Source: Heptranchias perlo
Taxonomy: Eukaryota
DNA length: 64,000 bases
Direction: 5' to 3'
Assembly (NCBI RefSeq): GCF_035084215.1
Contig: NC_090332.1
Span: 85,870,001-85,934,000 of the forward strand
The notes under the pieces were generated by a model. The model ran no database searches. It saw nothing but the letters and a program-made list of their open reading frames with translations, and was not told where the DNA came from. Shown piece after piece: positions 61,380 to 64,000 of the stretch. Position 1 is the stretch's first letter; each line of letters begins with the position of its first letter. Position numbers and translations under genes: made by a program.

Positions 61380-63000
61380 GGGTAAGTGGGTAGGTGATTG
61401 TGGGAGAGTAGGTGTGTATGGGGAATGTAGATGTGTGGCAGTGGAGGGGGCATAGGTGTAGGGGGGGGGAGGTGCAGGGTGGATGGCAGGATAGATGCGG
61501 GGGGGGAGTAGATGTGTGTGGAGGGTAGGTGTGTGTCTGTGGTGGGCTGAGGTGAGTCGGGAGTAGACATGCGTTTGTCGAGGGACGATGTGTGTGGGGA
61601 GTAAATGTGTGTGGGCAGTAGAAGCATGTCGTGTGGTGTTAAGAAAAGATGTGTTTCAGTTGGGAGTAGATGCGCATGGGGGGGCTGATAGAGGCCCGTG
61701 GGGAGTGAATGTCAGGGGCGATAGACGTGTGTGAGGAGTAACTGTGTTTGCGGTAGATCTGTTTTTGTTGATAGTTATGTGTGGGGGCAGATCTAGCTGG
61801 GAAGAATTGTTTCCATTGAGAGTAGATGTGTGTCTATTGAGGGTAGGTGTGTCAAGGGATAAATGTGTATGTTGGAGATAGATTTGTGTGAGTGTCTAGG
61901 GTGTAGGTGATGTGTAGGGGTAGACGTGTCTGAGGAGAGGTGTGTGGGAGAGGAGAGGTGTGTGTGGGATAGATGCACGTGTGAGCGGTTGACATGTAGG
62001 CAAGTCGATATGTGTGGGGTTAGACGAGTATGGGAGGGTAGATTTGTTTTGGGTGCGCAGGGGGTAAATATGTGCAGGGTGCAGATGAATGTGGGGTTGA
62101 TGTGTGTGGGAGGGAGGAGCTGTGTGGGGTAGATACATGTATGTGGGGTTGAAGTGTGGGGGAGTGAATGTGGTGGTAGGTATGATGGAAAATAGAGATG
62201 TTTTGGTAAGTAGATGTGGGGGGGTGGGGGGTTGTTGATATGTGATTAGGTGCGTATGTGGGTGGGGTAGATGTGTGGAAGGCAAATGTATATGTGGGTG
62301 GTTGGGTGTGGGGGGAGATAGATTTTCTGTTGGGGCTGGATGTGTAATGATAGATAGTCTGTTGGGTGCATGTGTATCTGTTGGGGTAGATATGTGTCTT
62401 GGGGATAGGTGTGTGTGGGAGGGGGGTCATGTGCGGGCTAATTGTATGAGGGATAGATGTGTGGGGTATAGATGGGTGTGTGAGGGGGGATTGATGTGTT
62501 GTTGGAGGGTAGATGTATGTGGGGATAGATGTGTGCATATCGAGGGTAGATTTGTGAGCGTTGGTAGTAAATGTGTTGGGGGTGGATGTGTGTGGGGTTG
62601 ATGTTCTGTGGGTGTAGATGCTTGTGGGGCTGGATATATTATGGGGTAGATGTGTGGGGGTAAATGTGTTGTTGGGAGCAGAGTAATGTGTGCTGAAGGT
62701 AAATGTGTGTGTAGGGTAGATGTGTTTGTACTGGGACATTGTAATGAATGGGTGTCAAATGTACATGTGAAGATGTTGCATTGAGGTAGAGGCGTGTCAG
62801 GTGGGTAGATGAGTGTGGAGATACATGTGTTTAGGGTGATTTGTTTCTGTTGGGGATAGATGTTTAGGTGCAAATATTTCTGGATAAATGTGTGTGGGTG
62901 TGTGTGGGAAAAGTAGAGGCATGTGTGAGTGGATGCATGTGTAGGAAGTAGGTATGTGTAGAGGATAGACATGAACGGGGGAGTAGATGATGTGTGTGGG
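61380..63000. repeat. G/T-rich low-complexity field of degenerate ggg(g)tagatgtgt motifs
   Basis: Strongly C-poor + strand with recurrent tagatgtg. Confidence 0.85.
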
Positions 63001-63645
63001 GGGTAGATGTGAGTGGGACAGTGAAGGTGTGAGTGGGGTAGATGTGAGTGGGACAGTGAAGGTGTGAGTGGGGTAGATGTGTGAGGGACAGTGAAGGTGT
63101 GAGTGGGGTAGATGTGAGTGGGACAGTGAAGGTGTGAGTGGGGTAGATGTGTGAGGGACAGTGAAGGTGTGAGTGGGGTAGATGTGTGAGGGACAGTGAA
63201 GGTGTGAGTGGGGTAGATGTGTGAGGGACAGTGAAGGTGTGAGTGGGGTAGATGTGAGTGGGACAGTGAAGGTGTGAGTGGGGTAGATGTGTGAGGGACA
63301 GTGAAGGTGTGAGTGGGGTAGATGTGTGAGGGACAGTGAAGGTGTGAGTGGGGTAGATGTGTGAGGGACAGTGAAGGTGTGAGTGGGGTAGATGTGAGTG
63401 GGACAGTGAAGGTGTGAGTGGGGTAGATGTGTGAGGGACAGTGAAGGTGTGAGTGGGGTAGATGTGTGAGGGACAGTGAAGGTGTGAGTGGGGTAGATGT
63501 GTGAGGGACAGTGAAGGTGTGAGTGGGGTAGATGTGTGAGGGACAGTGAAGGTGTGAGTGGGGTAGATGTGTGAGGGACAGTGAAGGTGTGAGTGGGGTA
63601 GATGTGTGAGGGACAGTGAAGGTGTGAGTGGGGTAGATGTGAGTA
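63001..63645. repeat. 35-bp minisatellite, 18 full units plus a partial
   Basis: Unit gggtagatgt(gagtg|gtgag)ggacagtgaaggtgtgagtg. Confidence 0.95.
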
Positions 63646-64000
63646 GGGGGAAGATATATGTGGAAATTCGATGAGTGTGTGAGGGTGGATGTGTAGGTAT
63701 AGGGGTTAGATTGTGGGGAGTACGTGTGTGTGTTGGGGTAGATGTGCCTGGAGTGATTCTGTTGGAGTAGGTGTGTGTGGGATAGAAGTGTGTATGTGGG
63801 GTGGGGGGTTGGTTGCTATGCCCTGTGACCAGGAGAGAGGGGAAGACTGTCAGGCAGGGAATGTGAGTAAGGGAAGGGAGTGGAGCAGAGTACCCCGGGG
63901 AGGGGTGCAAGCGAGCACCCTATTGAAGGAGGGGGAGCACCGCGGGGAGAGGGGGAGCAACCCAGGGGAGAAAGGGGAGCACCCAAGGGGGAGAAAGGGG

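Noticed and set aside
63001-63910. 348-aa His/Thr/Pro-rich ORF (62864..63910) or CRISPR-like array
   Set aside because: Translation artefact of a stop-free 35-bp minisatellite without unique spacers

Overview
Eukaryotic genomic DNA, most likely from a cartilaginous fish (shark), judged from its repeats (Deu-domain tRNA-SINEs, LF-SINE-like relics, abundant CR1/L2 LINE 3' ends, Penelope-like elements). The only host gene is the 3' half of SPTLC3 (serine palmitoyltransferase subunit 3) on the + strand: six GT-AG coding exons between 17586 and 35323 encoding the PLP-lysine motif GTFTKSFG and ending ...RPELYDECSFELED*. A probably long, repeat-poor 3' UTR follows (to ~40.5 kb), then repeat-rich intergenic DNA with a decayed LINE, a Harbinger transposase relic and a 35-bp minisatellite. 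Two things stand out. (1) A ~1.6-1.7 kb near-identical inverted duplication (11167-~12905 vs ~32505-34429) brackets five coding exons; its junctions suggest a LINE-primed templated insertion. (2) A family of short Penelope-like insertions carries minimal hammerhead ribozymes; three are near-perfect ~90-100 bp palindromes with 12-bp target-site duplications, one inside the putative SPTLC3 3' UTR. No prokaryotic system is present. Repeat family names and repeat boundaries come from recognition by eye, not database searches.
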